Positions 10,095-19,117 of a stretch of 57,268 bases of DNA are shown in pieces. Source of the DNA: Minisyncoccota bacterium (GTDB lineage: Bacteria > Patescibacteriota > Minisyncoccia > Phycocordibacterales > UBA9973); contig JBAZXM010000004.1 in the NCBI GenBank assembly GCA_041659845.1, forward strand, positions 1 to 57,268. Direction: 5' to 3'. The position numbers and the translations under genes were made by a program. The number at the start of each line of letters is the position of its first letter. The stretch's first letter is position 1. The notes beneath the pieces were generated by a model. It saw nothing but the letters and a program-made list of their open reading frames with translations. It made no database searches and was not told where the DNA came from.

Positions 10095-10745
10095 ATGCTC
10101 TCTACTATATTTTCATTCCTATTTCCGGATTATTGCCTCGGCTGTCGCAAAAAAGGCGAACTTCTCTGTAAGTCATGCCTCGCACATGCACCGCACTCGC
10201 TTGAAGATGCCGGCGGGCTTAAAGCCGCAAACGCCCGAGCGATATTTGCATACAAGAATCCGGCAATTAAAAAAGCACTTCACTTCTTGAAATATAATCG
10301 CGCGCGGAGAATTGCCGATATTTTCGGCTTGTATTTGTATGAAGAAATGATTGAAGAAGTCGCAGAAGAGCTTTTACTGCATGGGGATAATCCCCTATTA
10401 GTTGTGCCTATCCCTCTATACTCGAAACGCTTGCGCGAGCGTGGATTCAACCAATCTGAATTACTCGCCCGATCATTCGCTAAATATAATTTGGAAAAGT
10501 TAATCGTTGAACCGAGTGTGCTTATAAAAACCCGCCAGACGAAAAACCAAATGGAGCTCAAGCGCCGCGAACGATTGGAAAATTTGGAGGGATGTTTTTC
10601 TATTAAAAGTCCGGAAACAATCCACGGCCACATAATCATCCTCATCGATGACATCATCACCACCGGCGCAACTATGCGCGAAGCGAAAAAAGTTCTCCTC
10701 CAATCCGGCGCACGAAAAGTAATCTGCTTGGCGGTGGCACATTAA
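10095..10745 (+). CDS. comF: ComF-family phosphoribosyltransferase (competence)
   Basis: 216 aa. N-terminal CLGC...CKSC zinc finger and C-terminal PRTase motif IILIDDIITTGAT. Divergent from the pil operon. Confidence 0.85.
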   Translation: MLSTIFSFLFPDYCLGCRKKGELLCKSCLAHAPHSLEDAGGLKAANARAIFAYKNPAIKKALHFLKYNRARRIADIFGLYLYEEMIEEVAEELLLHGDNPLLVVPIPLYSKRLRERGFNQSELLARSFAKYNLEKLIVEPSVLIKTRQTKNQMELKRRERLENLEGCFSIKSPETIHGHIIILIDDIITTGATMREAKKVLLQSGARKVICLAVAH

Positions 10746-10801
10746 AAACTGACAAAAGTTGGTAAATATGATAATGTGCATTTGTAATTAAATATAAGTT
10801 T

Positions 10802-10889
10802 GGAGACGTGTCGGAGTGGTCTAACGTACCTCCTTGCTAAGGAGGCAGGGTGAAAGCCCTCGCGAGTTCGAATCTCGCCGTCTCCGCCA
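10802..10889 (+). tRNA. tRNA-Ser (anticodon GCU), CCA encoded
   Basis: Hand-folded. Acceptor ggagacg/cgtctcc, anticodon arm cctcc-ttGCTaa-ggagg, long variable arm, T arm gcgag-ttcgaat-ctcgc, G73, cca. Confidence 0.9.
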
Positions 10890-10894
10890 AAATT

Positions 10895-10981
10895 GGAGGC
10901 GTGGATGAGTGGTTTAAATCAACGGTTTACTAAACCGTCGAACCTTAATCGGTTCCGTGAGTTCGAATCTCACCGCCTCCG
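10895..10981 (+). tRNA. class-II tRNA, Ser-like, apparent anticodon ACU
   Basis: Hand-folded. Acceptor ggaggcg/cgcctcc, D stem gat/atc, anticodon arm acggt-ttACTaa-accgt, variable arm gaacc/ggttc, T arm gtgag-ttcgaat-ctcac, G73, no encoded CCA. Confidence 0.75.
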
Positions 10982-11082
10982 CATTGACAACATGTTAGTT
11001 TTGATGACCCATTTAGTTAGGTACTAAGTGCGACCCACAAAGCTTCATGTTGTAATAAAAAGAACGACGATTGTCGTTCTTT

Positions 11083-11613
11083 TTATTTTCTGCTTACCAA
11101 ATCAACATTCGAACCTTTTATCACCCTTCCTAGAATGGGTAGGAGTTTGTCTTGATAAGATTTAAATAGCTCTCGATCCTTGTCTGTCACCTTTCCTCTT
11201 TTCTGTAATTCAATTTCAAAAATAGTGCCGACACCTTTCACTGTATCGAGATGAAAAACTGTATTTCCTTTTTTCCAGACTTCTCGCTTCTTTTCAACAA
11301 CAGCTTTTACTCCGAGAACTTTTTGAAGGAATGGAAGAAGTTCTTGGTCTTTTACGACATAGAGCTTTATGTCAGCAAGAGCACCTTTTGCTTTTGTAAA
11401 ATCTGGTCTTTCGTAATAGACGAGTGTTTGCTCTTTACCTTCGATTCGTAATTTTAATCTTGGGGAATTATTTTTCTTTACTGGAGGTAATTCAAAGAAG
11501 TAATCCTTTTGATTTTTTACAACATCTTTCTTTGCACCGATTTGCTTCAGGACAGTCCTGATTTTTTGAAAATCTGAACAGTAGTGTTTTAGTTCGAGAT
11601 TTGTTTTGTTCAT
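11083..11613 (-). CDS. CYTH-domain protein (class IV adenylate cyclase / triphosphatase-like)
   Basis: 176 aa. Starts NLELKHY (ExExK-like). Has LKLRIEG and FEIELQ strands typical of the CYTH tunnel fold. Confidence 0.65.
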   Translation of the reverse strand: MNKTNLELKHYCSDFQKIRTVLKQIGAKKDVVKNQKDYFFELPPVKKNNSPRLKLRIEGKEQTLVYYERPDFTKAKGALADIKLYVVKDQELLPFLQKVLGVKAVVEKKREVWKKGNTVFHLDTVKGVGTIFEIELQKRGKVTDKDRELFKSYQDKLLPILGRVIKGSNVDLVSRK

Positions 11614-11742
11614 ATATTTTCTAAAGGATAGACCTCAAACGCCACTTCCTATTGTAAGTGGAGTATATCAGATAAGAATGGGAAATAAAAAAGCCTCATT
11701 ATGAATGTTCATAATGAGGCTTTAGGGGTGAGTGACCCATCT

Positions 11743-12411
11743 TTAATCATTTTGCAGATTAAGAGTTTTGGCATGCTCTTGAGTTTTCTTCAAATGAGCA
11801 ATGTCTTCTGGTTTCGTACTGCATAATTTATGCAAAGACGCTTCGGTCGCAAGAATTAGATGATAAATCTGTCCTAGTGTACCACCAGATATGGGCATCG
11901 CTGCCGCTGGGTCTTTTTTTCCTTTTTTAAAATAAGGATCAAGAATAACAGCAAGTTCTTTAACCGCATCGTCTTCCAATTTCATTTCTTCGCTCATAGC
12001 ATCCGGATTGAAATTTTGTATAGCCCATCCAATAGTCTTCATGCAAACATCTAAGACAGGCTCTTGCGTCATAGGATTAATGCCGGCTTCTTCAGCACTA
12101 GAAAACATTATTTTTGTATACGTCAGGAAGTCACTCGGCCTGCGTATGGTATCCCTGATTTGAATTAGAAAATATACTTCTATGTCTTCGTGAAGTTTTA
12201 TATTTTCCTGTTCCAAAGCTGGGGCAACGATACTGAAACGCAACCAAACGAAAAAATCGAATGGGCTCATTGTGTTGATTTGCTTGCATAATTTATCAAG
12301 TTCTCCTGATAATTCCTTGATCATTTTAGTGCGCTTCTTGGGTGTAGCTTTATCGAAATCATTACTGATATCAATTAGCCATTTACCAAATCCGTTGTCA
12401 TCTTTTTTCAT
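11743..12411 (-). CDS. hypothetical protein
   Basis: 222-aa ORF with its own downstream hairpin terminator (about 11687-11725). No recognisable motif. Confidence 0.5.
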   Translation of the reverse strand: MKKDDNGFGKWLIDISNDFDKATPKKRTKMIKELSGELDKLCKQINTMSPFDFFVWLRFSIVAPALEQENIKLHEDIEVYFLIQIRDTIRRPSDFLTYTKIMFSSAEEAGINPMTQEPVLDVCMKTIGWAIQNFNPDAMSEEMKLEDDAVKELAVILDPYFKKGKKDPAAAMPISGGTLGQIYHLILATEASLHKLCSTKPEDIAHLKKTQEHAKTLNLQND

Positions 12412-12723
12412 TATTTAGTGTTTTTAAGAGGTTTACATTTTATTGTTCGCCTTGAACAAACTGCGAACAGAATAACATACATATATATTAAAGTCAAGTA
12501 ATTGAAAAAGGCCTTAGTATGTCTCATTTGTCTCGTTTTTAACCAAAAAGCTATATATTCCAATAAACCAGTACCTGACTCACATGCCTCAATGAGACAA
12601 CTAAAATTGTGCTAGAATATCCTTACATGGATTGAGTCTCTGGGTACTGAACTCGCATGGCCCGCCAAAATTCGGAATTCAAATTTCCGCCAAAAATATG
12701 GTCGGCGCCGAGAGTCTCTTTGT

Positions 12724-13152
12724 CTATCCAAGTAAAATGTCTAAGGGTATATTTACAGGATGTCTGGGGTATGCAATATCGTGTCGTGTTGTTTTCGGCG
12801 GGTAAAGTTTACCCTCATTCACTTGTCTAATAATTTCTTCTTTAGTAATTGTTGGTTCATTCTCGCGCCAATTTCTAACTGTTATATTTTCATCTTTATA
12901 ATCCACAAGATGTACGGGTGCAAGAATGGCATTCATGCGTCGAAGTGCTTCAAATCTGTGGTGCCCGTCTATTACAATACCGGTCTCAATATCAGCTATG
13001 ATTGAGTAGTCAATAATTCCAATTTTTTGGAATTTATCCATCAGCTCTATAACATGTTCATTAATACATTCCTCATGAGCGTGTAGAAATAATATTGGGA
13101 CAAGACAATCTCGAGAATTAAACTTTTTATGATTACCGATAGAATCTTTCAT
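12724..13152 (-). CDS. ParB/sulfiredoxin-like N-terminal domain protein
   Basis: 142 aa. IDGHHRFEALRR motif and a PPKTTRH motif. Confidence 0.6.
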   Translation of the reverse strand: MKDSIGNHKKFNSRDCLVPILFLHAHEECINEHVIELMDKFQKIGIIDYSIIADIETGIVIDGHHRFEALRRMNAILAPVHLVDYKDENITVRNWRENEPTITKEEIIRQVNEGKLYPPKTTRHDIAYPRHPVNIPLDILLG

Positions 13153-13209
13153 AATTAAATTTTATGATGTTTTCATTTTGTTTATGCAAAGACGGTTCTC
13201 GCACAAACA

Positions 13210-13920
13210 CTAGATCACTTTATCAGTAAATACTACCAGTCGTTCGGAAGAACTTTTTGTAATATTATTCCAAATTCCCTCGCAGGTAATAAGGTTGAGG
13301 TGCGCCAATCCATCATTAGAACCAAATACACTTGAGGCATCCGCTTTCGGATTAAATGTACGAAATTCTCGTACCACAAATGTAGTAGTAACTCCCATAT
13401 CATTCTTAATATATACTTTGTCTCCCTTTTTTAATTTATATAAACTATCAAAAACCGCTGGTATGTTGTTTTTCCATCCAGAATGTCCGTCAATGACGGA
13501 ACTCCCCTTTTCTCCTGGACGCGGACCAAGGTTAAACCAAGCCGCATTTTCGGGACCCTTCGGTACATCCATCTCTCCACCCGAAGTAAGGCCGACATGC
13601 TCAATAGTAGCATCAACACCAATCGTTGGAATTATAATGCGCTCTGGGTTGCCAACTTTGGCACTGGTAGACGATGAAGGGTTTATTTGAATTAGTGGAT
13701 CTGTCTTCTGTAAACTTAGTCGAGGCACAGATGGGCTTGCCTTCTCTACAGGTACAATCACTTCTTGTTCGTAAATAGTGATGATCTTTGTTTCAGAAGA
13801 TGCCAAATTACTCTCTGTGGGACTTTTTAAAACAACAGGGAAAAAAGTTACAAATAATAGGGTAGATGTTGTAAGGATTACTATCAGTATTTGGATTAAT
13901 AAGTTTTTTGATAAGTTCAT
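13210..13920 (-). CDS. sortase-family transpeptidase (class F-like)
   Basis: 236 aa with an N-terminal TM. His (IDGHSG), Cys (LITCEG) and Arg (SERLVVF) catalytic triad in canonical order. Confidence 0.75.
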   Translation of the reverse strand: MNLSKNLLIQILIVILTTSTLLFVTFFPVVLKSPTESNLASSETKIITIYEQEVIVPVEKASPSVPRLSLQKTDPLIQINPSSSTSAKVGNPERIIIPTIGVDATIEHVGLTSGGEMDVPKGPENAAWFNLGPRPGEKGSSVIDGHSGWKNNIPAVFDSLYKLKKGDKVYIKNDMGVTTTFVVREFRTFNPKADASSVFGSNDGLAHLNLITCEGIWNNITKSSSERLVVFTDKVI

Positions 13921-13936
13921 AGCTATTATCCTTAAC

Positions 13937-14473
13937 TTATTTCAATGGCTCTGTTTCACCTATTGCCTCATCCGCCATATCACTATCAGCATCAGCCTTT
14001 GTGGTATGTATTCTACCATCGATATGATTGGGTGGCGCATATACGGTATATAGTTTAAGCGGAACAGTGCCGGTATTTCGAAAATTATGCTTGGTACCGG
14101 GAACTACGACAACGACATCCCCTGGCCCGATTGGAAACTTCTTACCATCAAGCTCTCCCTCGCCCGTACCAGAAAGAAAAAAGAGGGTTTGTTCGGTGTA
14201 TTTATGAGTCTCTTCCCCGATATCTGTGCCAGAAGGAATACTCATTACAACAAGTTGGCTCTTCGAACCGGTAAACAAGACACGGCGAAAATTTTCATTC
14301 TCTTCCGTATCTTTAATAATATTAGTGTAGTAACTCATAGGAATCCCTGACTTGTTCACATTCGACGATGTCGCCGATTTCTCAGTCAGAAAGAAAATAA
14401 GTAGTAAAGAAAATGCAATAACAACAATGCTTATAACGATTATAAACCATTTTAATGAGATTTTAAATTGCAT
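13937..14473 (-). CDS. membrane-anchored cupin-domain protein
   Basis: 178 aa with an N-terminal TM. Cupin motifs GEETHKY... and PGTKHNFRNTG. Confidence 0.7.
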   Translation of the reverse strand: MQFKISLKWFIIVISIVVIAFSLLLIFFLTEKSATSSNVNKSGIPMSYYTNIIKDTEENENFRRVLFTGSKSQLVVMSIPSGTDIGEETHKYTEQTLFFLSGTGEGELDGKKFPIGPGDVVVVVPGTKHNFRNTGTVPLKLYTVYAPPNHIDGRIHTTKADADSDMADEAIGETEPLK

Positions 14474-14548
14474 AAATTTTCAAACGATTATAGCGCAAAG
14501 GCCCTGCCGAAGCGGGGCCTTTTGTAGCACTGATTAAATCATTATATT

Positions 14549-16534
14549 TTAATAATGTGCGCTCAAGTAAGCTCGAGTTATCGGTCCGAAATTACCAAGT
14601 GGAGGATATATTCCTACGCTTGCCTGAAACTCAGCTAATGCTGCACGAGTCATACTACCGAAGTAAGCTGTTGCACCAACTCTAGCCAAGGCTTCCGCCT
14701 TCGGACCTTTGTTTTGAGAAATCAAAAACTCTTGGAGAATTGATACATTATTGCCTCGCCCACCCTGTCTGAGACTGATCGCAATCGTTCGAACTTGCTG
14801 GCCAAAATCAAAAGATGAAGATGCGGAAAGTCCTGTCCTTGGAAAACCAGGGGCAGCAACTACGACAGTTGCAATTGCGAAATCTCTCGCGGTGAAGCCG
14901 TTGGCATCACCCTGCGCTACCACTGTGTTCGTAGTGGTGCTTGCAAGATTAGACTGACAGATGTATGTCCATGTCTCACTAACATCAAGCTGTGAATTAA
15001 GATTCATGTCACCGGAAATATAGTTAACAGGACTGCACTTGTTGTCAGTAAGACGAACATTGGAAAGTGCAACAGTTCCCGGATTTGTGACTTTATTGGT
15101 GTATGTAACCATTCCCCCTGCTGCGGAGAGTGCTAGTGGGCTAGGAATTTTCGTAACGTGGATAAGCGGTGGAACTAAAGGTGTACCGACTACGACAGTA
15201 GCGCTTGCTATATCAACAGCGCTGATACCGTTAGCCCATCCTGTGGCAACGACGGTATTCGTATGAGTTGCTGACAAAGTTGTGGGACATGTATAAACCC
15301 ATGTTTCAGTTACATCAAGTCTTCCGTCACTATTAGTGTCACCGGATTGCAGAACAATAGGACTGCAAGTATCGCCAACCATGGTTACATTAGTCATCGG
15401 AACTGTTCCGATATTACGAGTAGTATACGTGTATGTCACAGGGCCGGGACCTAGAGGCAAATTCAAAGGACTAGCGACTTTCACCACGTCTATAAGTGGC
15501 GGTACAGGAGGAATAGCAGGTGCAGCAATATCATTATTCGTGATGATACAAAATGTGGCAAAACCGGGATTAAGATTCAATCCGCCAGTGGCATCACAAT
15601 CACCAGAGAATGTCTGAATATATTGGGCATTGGAAGTTTCAGAGATAATATAACGTCCAGGTGCGGAAAAAAGATTAGTAGTTCCGGAAGTAACGGATAC
15701 TCCGTTTACAAATAGAGGAAAGCTAGCGACTGTACTTGTTCCACCACCATCATTAACGACAGTTTTAACGACGTTAATTGATCCAGACTGACTCCCTTGT
15801 GAAGTAGCTGCACATGGTGTTCTAGTAACTGTAGTATTATTTAGTGTAACTAGTGCATTTCTTGCTAAAAGCCTTCCAGTAATAGTTGAACCGCCATCAT
15901 CTGTAATTGAATCCATGGCTAGTATATTTCCCTTAAAATTAGAACCAGTTCCAAGTGTTGCAGAACTACCAACTTGCCAAAACACATTACAAGCCTGGGT
16001 GCCATTAATCAAATTAACCACACTACTTGACGCTGTGGTGAGTGTAGAACCAGATTTAAAAATGAAGACTGCATTAGGGTCACCACCGCCATCGAGGGTA
16101 AGAGTTCCTGTAATCGAGAGTGAGTTTGGAGCATCATTCTCCTCATAGACGCCTGGCGTCAAAGTCCCACCGTTGAAAGTGCCAAGATCAGAGGTCACAA
16201 CACCGCCATTCACTCCACTATTTGCTTGACCAGCAGCGCCATATGCGGTGACTAAGTCTGTCTTCGCAGATTGCGTAGTTGCATCACCTGCGTGGTTCGT
16301 CCCGTTTATTGTGACAGTACCGAAACCAGTCTGAGTGGTTGTCGGGAATGACCCGACATCGCCGGTAATTGTCGTTGCGTCAGTGTTAGTAATACCAGAA
16401 CCGGCAAGAACAGCGAAGCTATCAGCAGTGCCGAGGCTTACCGCTGTCGCAGCTTTGACCAGATTGGCATCACTAAAGACAAGTGCGAGAGCCAATACAA
16501 ATATTGAAATCTTATTAAACTTAAATTTTTTCAT
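14549..16534 (-). CDS. secreted surface protein: ice-binding-like (DUF3494) domain + two DUF11-like repeats + C-terminal peptidoglycan-binding domain
   Basis: 661 aa with a signal peptide. LGTADSFAVLAGSGITNTDATTITGDVGS beta-solenoid start. Duplicated ~95-aa repeat (VTYTxxxxNxGTVxxxNVxxxDxxCSP...DVxETWxYxC). C-terminal PG_binding_1-like segment. Confidence 0.75.
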   Translation of the reverse strand: MKKFKFNKISIFVLALALVFSDANLVKAATAVSLGTADSFAVLAGSGITNTDATTITGDVGSFPTTTQTGFGTVTINGTNHAGDATTQSAKTDLVTAYGAAGQANSGVNGGVVTSDLGTFNGGTLTPGVYEENDAPNSLSITGTLTLDGGGDPNAVFIFKSGSTLTTASSSVVNLINGTQACNVFWQVGSSATLGTGSNFKGNILAMDSITDDGGSTITGRLLARNALVTLNNTTVTRTPCAATSQGSQSGSINVVKTVVNDGGGTSTVASFPLFVNGVSVTSGTTNLFSAPGRYIISETSNAQYIQTFSGDCDATGGLNLNPGFATFCIITNNDIAAPAIPPVPPLIDVVKVASPLNLPLGPGPVTYTYTTRNIGTVPMTNVTMVGDTCSPIVLQSGDTNSDGRLDVTETWVYTCPTTLSATHTNTVVATGWANGISAVDIASATVVVGTPLVPPLIHVTKIPSPLALSAAGGMVTYTNKVTNPGTVALSNVRLTDNKCSPVNYISGDMNLNSQLDVSETWTYICQSNLASTTTNTVVAQGDANGFTARDFAIATVVVAAPGFPRTGLSASSSFDFGQQVRTIAISLRQGGRGNNVSILQEFLISQNKGPKAEALARVGATAYFGSMTRAALAEFQASVGIYPPLGNFGPITRAYLSAHY

Positions 16535-16728
16535 ATTTTATATTAAATATTATTAATAATCTTATAATGCGACTTTATAATCCATACACCCCATTGTACT
16601 ACTACTACAAAAATTACAAATGTGATAAACATGGGGATAATAAATATATTCTAGTGCGCAAGAACCGTCCTTGCACACTTACCGCTTTTTTATTATTAGC
16701 ACACCAAATGACTATGCTAGTATCTATA

Positions 16729-16765
16729 TTGACTTATAAAACTATATACCCTATAGTATAGGGTA
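16729..16765 (+). promoter_or_regulatory. sigma70-type promoter (TTGACT-N17-TATAGT) overlapped by a perfect 19-bp palindrome
   Basis: TTGACT at 16729-16734 and TATAGT at 16752-16757. Palindrome TACCCTATA-G-TATAGGGTA at 16747-16765. Confidence 0.6.
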
Positions 16766-16796
16766 ATCGGCTGTGCGGTGAAAATACTAGAAATGA

Positions 16797-17261
16797 ATGT
16801 TAAAGAAGTTAATACTTATGAACAATAAAATTAAATTAATTACAATAATAACATCTATATTTTTTCTAAGCATATCTGTCTTCAGTCTTTTTTTTATGAA
16901 GGATATGAATAATATGGATATGGATCAATTTTCCAAAAACGAATGCCCTCTTTTTGTATTGGGAGGTGAAATCTGTCCAACTGGCATCTTAGGTGTTGTT
17001 CACCATATATCTGCATATCAGTCATTTTCTCATGTTCTAATTTCAGCCAAAAATTTTGAATTATTATTAATTATTGTATTGTCTTCTATTCTTGCATTAT
17101 TTTTGTTTAGTCGATTATTATTTTTTAATCAAAAAACGAACCTAAATTACTTAATCAGGTGGCAATTAAAAAAGAAACAATTTTCTCAATTAAAGTCAAT
17201 AAAAATGTCAAGGTGGCTGTCACTATTTGAGAATAGCCCATCTTATTTTAATAATGCATAG
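16797..17261 (+). CDS. hypothetical membrane protein (Met/Cys/His-containing)
   Basis: 154 aa with 2-3 TM segments. MKDMNNMDMDQ, CPLFVLGGEICP and HH motifs. Followed by two hairpin/U-tract elements at 17256-17299 and 17301-17324. Confidence 0.5.
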   Translation: MLKKLILMNNKIKLITIITSIFFLSISVFSLFFMKDMNNMDMDQFSKNECPLFVLGGEICPTGILGVVHHISAYQSFSHVLISAKNFELLLIIVLSSILALFLFSRLLFFNQKTNLNYLIRWQLKKKQFSQLKSIKMSRWLSLFENSPSYFNNA

Positions 17262-17342
17262 ATAAGCTTTTGTCGAAAAAGGTTTTTATCTATGCTTTTC
17301 AAATCCTCTCGTAAGGATTTTTTATTATTTAATTTTTAAAAA

Positions 17343-19100
17343 ATGAAAGAAAAAATTAAAAATTTTGCACAATATATAAAATCAAAACCGGCATATATTG
17401 TTGTAGTGGTTGTGACTATTTTAGTTATTATTTCCAGTGCAGTTTATGCCTTTTCCTCGGTAAAAAGTGATGATATTTCAAATACTACAAATAATAATTT
17501 TACCGGAAACAATGATATATCAATCGCTGTGGCTGGAGAAGAAAACTCATTAATTAATGGAAATGCTCAATCAAACAATTCATGGCCTGGAGAAATCATT
17601 TCTCTTAATAATCTTCAGGTACAGCCTGATCGAGAAGGAACAGTTTCAGAATGGTATGTGCATATTGGAGAACAAGTTAAAAAAGGCCAGGTTCTAGGCA
17701 GGCTCTCTCGCCCACCACAAACTCCAGATGCTATTATGTCTTTATCAGAAAAGACTCAAATGTTAGGAGAAGCGCGTACTAGTGTAGAAGCTTTGCGTAC
17801 ATATACAACAAAACGTATTGCACAATTACAACAACTTAGCATAGATACTGAAAATTCAAACAAAGAAAAAATTGATTTGCTTAAATCTGACACATTGCAA
17901 AATGATAGTTTAGCACTGTCATTAATCGCTTCAAAAAAGAAAATGGCACAAGTTATTCTTCGTGGATCAATATCAAAGGTTTTCCCGATAATAACTTACC
18001 AAACAATTGTTCCAACATCAATATTAAATTATTATAACATTCAGCTTAAGTGGCCTTTCGGAGTGACAGATTCCAGTTTGCGAAATAAATTTCCTAGTGT
18101 TTTATTTGGAGTGTTGTCAGATTTAGAAGATCAAAACATAGTGCCTGAAAAATATGGTCTATTATATTTTGAAACATTAATAAAGCTTGCAAACGCATCA
18201 ATTACAGATGGAGAATCATTATCAAACACAGACATAGAATCTCTTAAACAAATGTTAATTGAAGATCAGGCACAATTTGTTTCTGTGCTGGGAGAAATAA
18301 AAAGCATGGAAATTGAAAAGGCTGACGTGCAAAGAGACTCAATTGACAAGTTAGATGAGATAAATGCAATGATTGCCGAATTAGAAAAAGAACTTGCAAT
18401 GTCTGAAGGAGATCTTAAGGCAAAAGAGTTAGCATATTCGACTGTAAATAACTCAATTTCCGGAGGTTATTCAATTGTAGCGCCAAAGAGTGGAGTGGTT
18501 TCAAGTATTGATAAAAAACCGGGAGAATTTGTTGGTCCAGGTATGCCCGTTGCCACTGTTACTGCTGGGGATAGCGACAGCATACTAGTAAGAATTCGTA
18601 TTCCAAACAACATAAAAAAACCAAAAGTTGGAGAGTTGCTTTCTATTGTTCGTCCTGGTTTTGGAACAGATATACAGAGAGTGCGTCTTGTTGGAATAGG
18701 TAGTTCTCTTGATAGAGATGGGTCATATATGGCTGATGCAGTATTTACAGAACTAACAAAATGGTCAATAGGGTCTTCGGTTAGAGTATTAGCTCCCGTA
18801 GATTCGCCATCTGTCTTGATCAAATACTCATCAGTAATATGGGGTGAAGAAGGTGTCCCAACAGTATGGGCTGTTTCAGAAGCTGGCAGGATTTTCACAA
18901 AAAAAATAACTATTGGACGAACACTGGGTTCTTTAGTTGAAATATATACTGGTCTAAAAAATGGAGATCGATATATAGTAAACCCTACACCAGAAATAAA
19001 AGAAAATGCGCTTCTTGATGAAATAATAAAAAATGAAAACAGTGCAGATGATGGAAGTGGGTCGAATGAAAAGGATACAATGGGCGGAATGTCCATGTAA
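17343..19100 (+). CDS. efflux RND periplasmic adaptor (membrane fusion protein, HlyD-like), extended
   Basis: 585 aa with an N-terminal TM. Lipoyl-like halves GTVSEWYVHIGEQVKKGQVLGRL and IVAPKSGVVSSIDKKPGEFVGPGMPVATV separated by a long coiled coil. Precedes the RND gene. Confidence 0.75.
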   Translation: MKEKIKNFAQYIKSKPAYIVVVVVTILVIISSAVYAFSSVKSDDISNTTNNNFTGNNDISIAVAGEENSLINGNAQSNNSWPGEIISLNNLQVQPDREGTVSEWYVHIGEQVKKGQVLGRLSRPPQTPDAIMSLSEKTQMLGEARTSVEALRTYTTKRIAQLQQLSIDTENSNKEKIDLLKSDTLQNDSLALSLIASKKKMAQVILRGSISKVFPIITYQTIVPTSILNYYNIQLKWPFGVTDSSLRNKFPSVLFGVLSDLEDQNIVPEKYGLLYFETLIKLANASITDGESLSNTDIESLKQMLIEDQAQFVSVLGEIKSMEIEKADVQRDSIDKLDEINAMIAELEKELAMSEGDLKAKELAYSTVNNSISGGYSIVAPKSGVVSSIDKKPGEFVGPGMPVATVTAGDSDSILVRIRIPNNIKKPKVGELLSIVRPGFGTDIQRVRLVGIGSSLDRDGSYMADAVFTELTKWSIGSSVRVLAPVDSPSVLIKYSSVIWGEEGVPTVWAVSEAGRIFTKKITIGRTLGSLVEIYTGLKNGDRYIVNPTPEIKENALLDEIIKNENSADDGSGSNEKDTMGGMSM

Positions 19101-19117
19101 TTAAGCAATATAAATAT

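Noticed and set aside
10895-10981. Reading the second class-II tRNA as an amber suppressor (CUA), by shifting the anticodon loop one position.
   Set aside because: The shifted stem (cggtt/ccgtc) has mismatches, whereas the ACU register gives five canonical pairs and a 7-nt loop.
12634-12719. Direct repeat gagtctct at about 12634 and about 12712, considered as possible target-site duplications.
   Set aside because: It is only 8 bp, nothing resembling a mobile element lies between the copies, and it is compatible with chance.
16567-16761. 64-aa Tyr-rich ORF upstream of the RND locus.
   Set aside because: It runs through the promoter and palindrome region, has implausible composition and has no RBS.
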